From Trypanosoma brucei (Eukaryota): a stretch of DNA of 64,000 nucleotides. The DNA lies in assembly GCA_000002445.1 (NCBI GenBank), contig CP000071.1:2016001-2080000 (forward strand), given 5' to 3'. Of this stretch, positions 61,889 through 64,000 are shown one piece after another. The position numbers were made by a program, and so were the translations under genes. Under the pieces are notes generated by a model. It did no database searches. It was given only the letters and a program-made list of their open reading frames with translations, and was not told where the DNA came from. Positions within the stretch are counted from its first letter, which is position 1. Every line of letters begins with the position of its first letter.

Positions 61889-63013
61889 ATGCTCCGGCGG
61901 ACGTTGTGGTATCTGCTCGAGAAGGATGAGCCAATCGTCATACGGCGAGCTGTGATGGCAAAGGCCCGGCCCCACATAGGCGGTGGAGTCACCAGCAACG
62001 CAACTAGCAGCACGGGCGGAACCGTCTCGACTAGCATGATGACAAGTGATGTCCTGTCGCGTCGTAATGGCTTCATAGGGAGTGAACCCCGCTCCATCAT
62101 AGACAGAATCAGTTCCCCTAACGGTTCTAGTGTACCATCCACTTCATCACGTCGTAGCGCTTTACTTCCCTCAGAGAGGGAGGGGGGCAAAGCGAGCGGT
62201 GATGCGTCGGATGATGCTTATAAATTTCTTTTGCATCACATTGACTCGGAGATCGCGGCGCTGAAGCGACGGGTTACAACGGTAATGGATCAGCGTAAGA
62301 ACGTGGAAGATAGTCAAAACCGTCGTATTCGCGACCTCTTCGAGTGTATTGAACGGCCGTGGCTTCTGTTAGCTTCCATTCCACCTCCACAACTACCAAA
62401 TAAGGCCCTCGATGTGTTTGCGAAAGAATTTTACACCCGTCAGAATGGAACCAGTACTAGTGGTTGGGAGGAGGACGCTATCTTTTTGTCAACTTGCAAA
62501 CGTAACTGGCGTGTGCTGACGACCCTCCAGCGGAAGCCTTACGAGATCGCGGCACGGCGTAACGAGCAAACACGAAAAGAGTTAAAGAAAAAGATGAGCA
62601 ACGGCTGTAGCTACTTTGAGAAGTTGTGCGAGCAGACGAAAGAATGGACAGCGGAGATGGTGCGGGACGAAATGCGAAAGGCGGTTGCTGCTAAAACGCG
62701 TAGTTCACCTGTAGCCAGTAAAAGTAGGGCTAGTTCGGTGGCCAAGAAGCCGGTGGCAAGACGGCAAGGAGCGAACAAAACAGAGCCCAAAGCTGCAGCA
62801 TCAAAGAAGGAGGATAAGATTGTAGAGGTCCTGAAATTTGAACCGGTTGCGAAGAAGGAGCCTAAAGGGGCCGCTGGTCGCTCCGCGCGGGGACGGCCGC
62901 TAAAGGGACAAATTAAAAAGGCCGCTAAGGGGAAGGCGCCGGTTGTAGCGAAGAAAGGAAAAACTTCCCCACGCCCTGTAGCAGCGAAACTAAAGAAAGT
63001 AAAAAAGAAATGA
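61889..63013 (+). CDS. lysine-rich nuclear-type protein, possibly HMG-box-like with a histone-H1-like tail (374 aa)
   Basis: 'WRVLTTLQRKPYEIAARRNEQTRKELKKKM' fits the W-x2-L-x4-K-P-Y-x2-A pattern of HMG-box helices 2 and 3. The C-terminal 90 aa are Lys/Ala/Pro-rich ('KKAAKGKAPVVAKKGKTSPRPVAAKLKKVKKK'). The HMG-box assignment is tentative. Confidence 0.45.
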   Translation: MLRRTLWYLLEKDEPIVIRRAVMAKARPHIGGGVTSNATSSTGGTVSTSMMTSDVLSRRNGFIGSEPRSIIDRISSPNGSSVPSTSSRRSALLPSEREGGKASGDASDDAYKFLLHHIDSEIAALKRRVTTVMDQRKNVEDSQNRRIRDLFECIERPWLLLASIPPPQLPNKALDVFAKEFYTRQNGTSTSGWEEDAIFLSTCKRNWRVLTTLQRKPYEIAARRNEQTRKELKKKMSNGCSYFEKLCEQTKEWTAEMVRDEMRKAVAAKTRSSPVASKSRASSVAKKPVARRQGANKTEPKAAASKKEDKIVEVLKFEPVAKKEPKGAAGRSARGRPLKGQIKKAAKGKAPVVAKKGKTSPRPVAAKLKKVKKK

Positions 63014-63755
63014 GGCGGCTGCTTCCGAAAGGGGTAACATAAATGTACTGTTATGCAACTCATAGAATACTGATAGAGAAGGGAGACAACATTCGGCGAA
63101 ACGAAACAAAGACGTGGCATCGTGCTTCGCGCGTTTATGGACGGGGGGCGGAAAAGCATTCGTACCTGTTACATGCATCACGTACCTTCTTGTCATATTT
63201 CCATACATCTATTTTTCTTCTCATCGGGTAACCTAATTTATGCGAACAGAGGTGATTTATTCCAACTCGTTGTGTGCAATTCCACTTCTTCTTCATTCCA
63301 TCTTTCCCTTCCATCTGACTCGTGTATATATGTAGAAACCTTCCCGTAGACGGCATCCCGTCCGCTTAGTCATACAAGATCAAATAACTGTGCTCACCGT
63401 GACACAGGAATAGAAGCATTTACACTGCTTTTAAGTATATATACCCACATATTTTGGTAGAGCTCTGAGACACCAACACGAGAAAGGGCCAAAAGCTGGC
63501 TTTTGAGCGTATTTTAATATTGCATCCAAAAGGATTGCTTGTGGAAATCAGCCAGTGGCGGGGCGCCACATCTCTTTGGCGGCACGTCCAGGTGTTTGTG
63601 TTTCCGATTCACTTGCGTGTACTTGTTTAAATCAGTGCAAGTTGTTTCCGCGTGCTAGTGCGTTTTCTTTATTTCCAGATCGTATCCAATAGTTTTTTTT
63701 TTAAAAAAAATCAGAAAACCGTTATCGAGTTGGTTTACATTTCGTGGACGTTCTA

Positions 63756-64000
63756 ATGGAGTTCGTTCCCCTCGAGAGTTTTGAGTTTTTGAATTCTTTG
63801 CTTCAGGGTGTGGAGGCACAAGGATGTCTCATGACGGTGCGACTGGAGGCTTTCACATGTCGTTGTACCCGTAAGAAGAAGTTGCTCGCCGCCAGTATCG
63901 CAGAATACGCGAACAAAACAACTCCACCGCTTAGACCACTGTGCAGTGCAAATGCCCCGGTGCCGCCGCTGCTGAATTTATCAGATGACAGTGTGCATGT
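63756..64000 (+). CDS. 5' end of an ORF running off the window (partial, at least 81 aa)
   Basis: The ATG at 63756 ('MEFVPLESFEFLNSLLQGVEAQGCLMTVRLEAF...') is open to the window edge. It is on the same strand as all the other genes and is preceded by T-rich intergenic sequence. I cannot classify it. Confidence 0.3.
   Translation, partial: MEFVPLESFEFLNSLLQGVEAQGCLMTVRLEAFTCRCTRKKKLLAASIAEYANKTTPPLRPLCSANAPVPPLLNLSDDSVH

Overview
This 64 kb window looks like trypanosomatid nuclear DNA, probably Trypanosoma and possibly the T. brucei group; that attribution is inference from gene content and architecture. Every credible protein-coding ORF, about 27 of them, lies on the + strand. Genes are intronless and separated by intergenic regions of 0.3–3.4 kb that contain polypyrimidine tracts followed by AG shortly upstream of the start codons. 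This is the signature of one co-directional polycistronic transcription unit processed by trans-splicing and polyadenylation. There is no strand-switch region and no tRNA, rRNA or SL RNA gene in the window.

Products I can recognise from the translations are:
- a J-domain protein
- an M16 insulinase-like metallopeptidase with the HxxEH motif
- a BTB/T1 (KCTD-like) protein
- the AP-4 mu subunit
- a 1,578-aa protein carrying about 17.7 near-identical 41-aa (123-bp) tandem repeats
- a 1,521-aa coiled-coil protein
- a PP4R3/SMEK-like protein
- acetyl-CoA carboxylase, 2,181 aa, with biotin carboxylase, an MKM biotinylation site and a carboxyltransferase domain
- a NEK-type kinase with a C-terminal PH-like domain
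- squalene synthase
- a tandem array of three beta-1,3-galactosyltransferase-like glycosyltransferase paralogs, the third one 5'-truncated
- an inositol-monophosphatase-family protein
- a CID-domain (Pcf11/RPRD-like) protein
- a HOPS/CORVET Vps11/18-like protein with a C-terminal RING-H2
- a Tousled-like kinase
- a small multi-pass membrane protein
- a lysine-rich, possibly HMG-box, protein
- several hypothetical proteins

Several ORF-track entries begin at non-ATG codons (TTG or GTG). For those I moved the start to the first in-frame ATG downstream of a polypyrimidine tract.

I found no clearly novel 'system'. The observations most worth a second look are:
- the concerted-evolution repeat array in the 1,578-aa protein
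- mosaic gene conversion plus a truncated copy in the glycosyltransferase array
- a 3.4 kb microsatellite-dense, gene-free region between the NEK kinase and squalene synthase
- a perfect 20-bp inverted repeat (a long hairpin) in an intergenic region
- recurrent TnAn palindromic junctions
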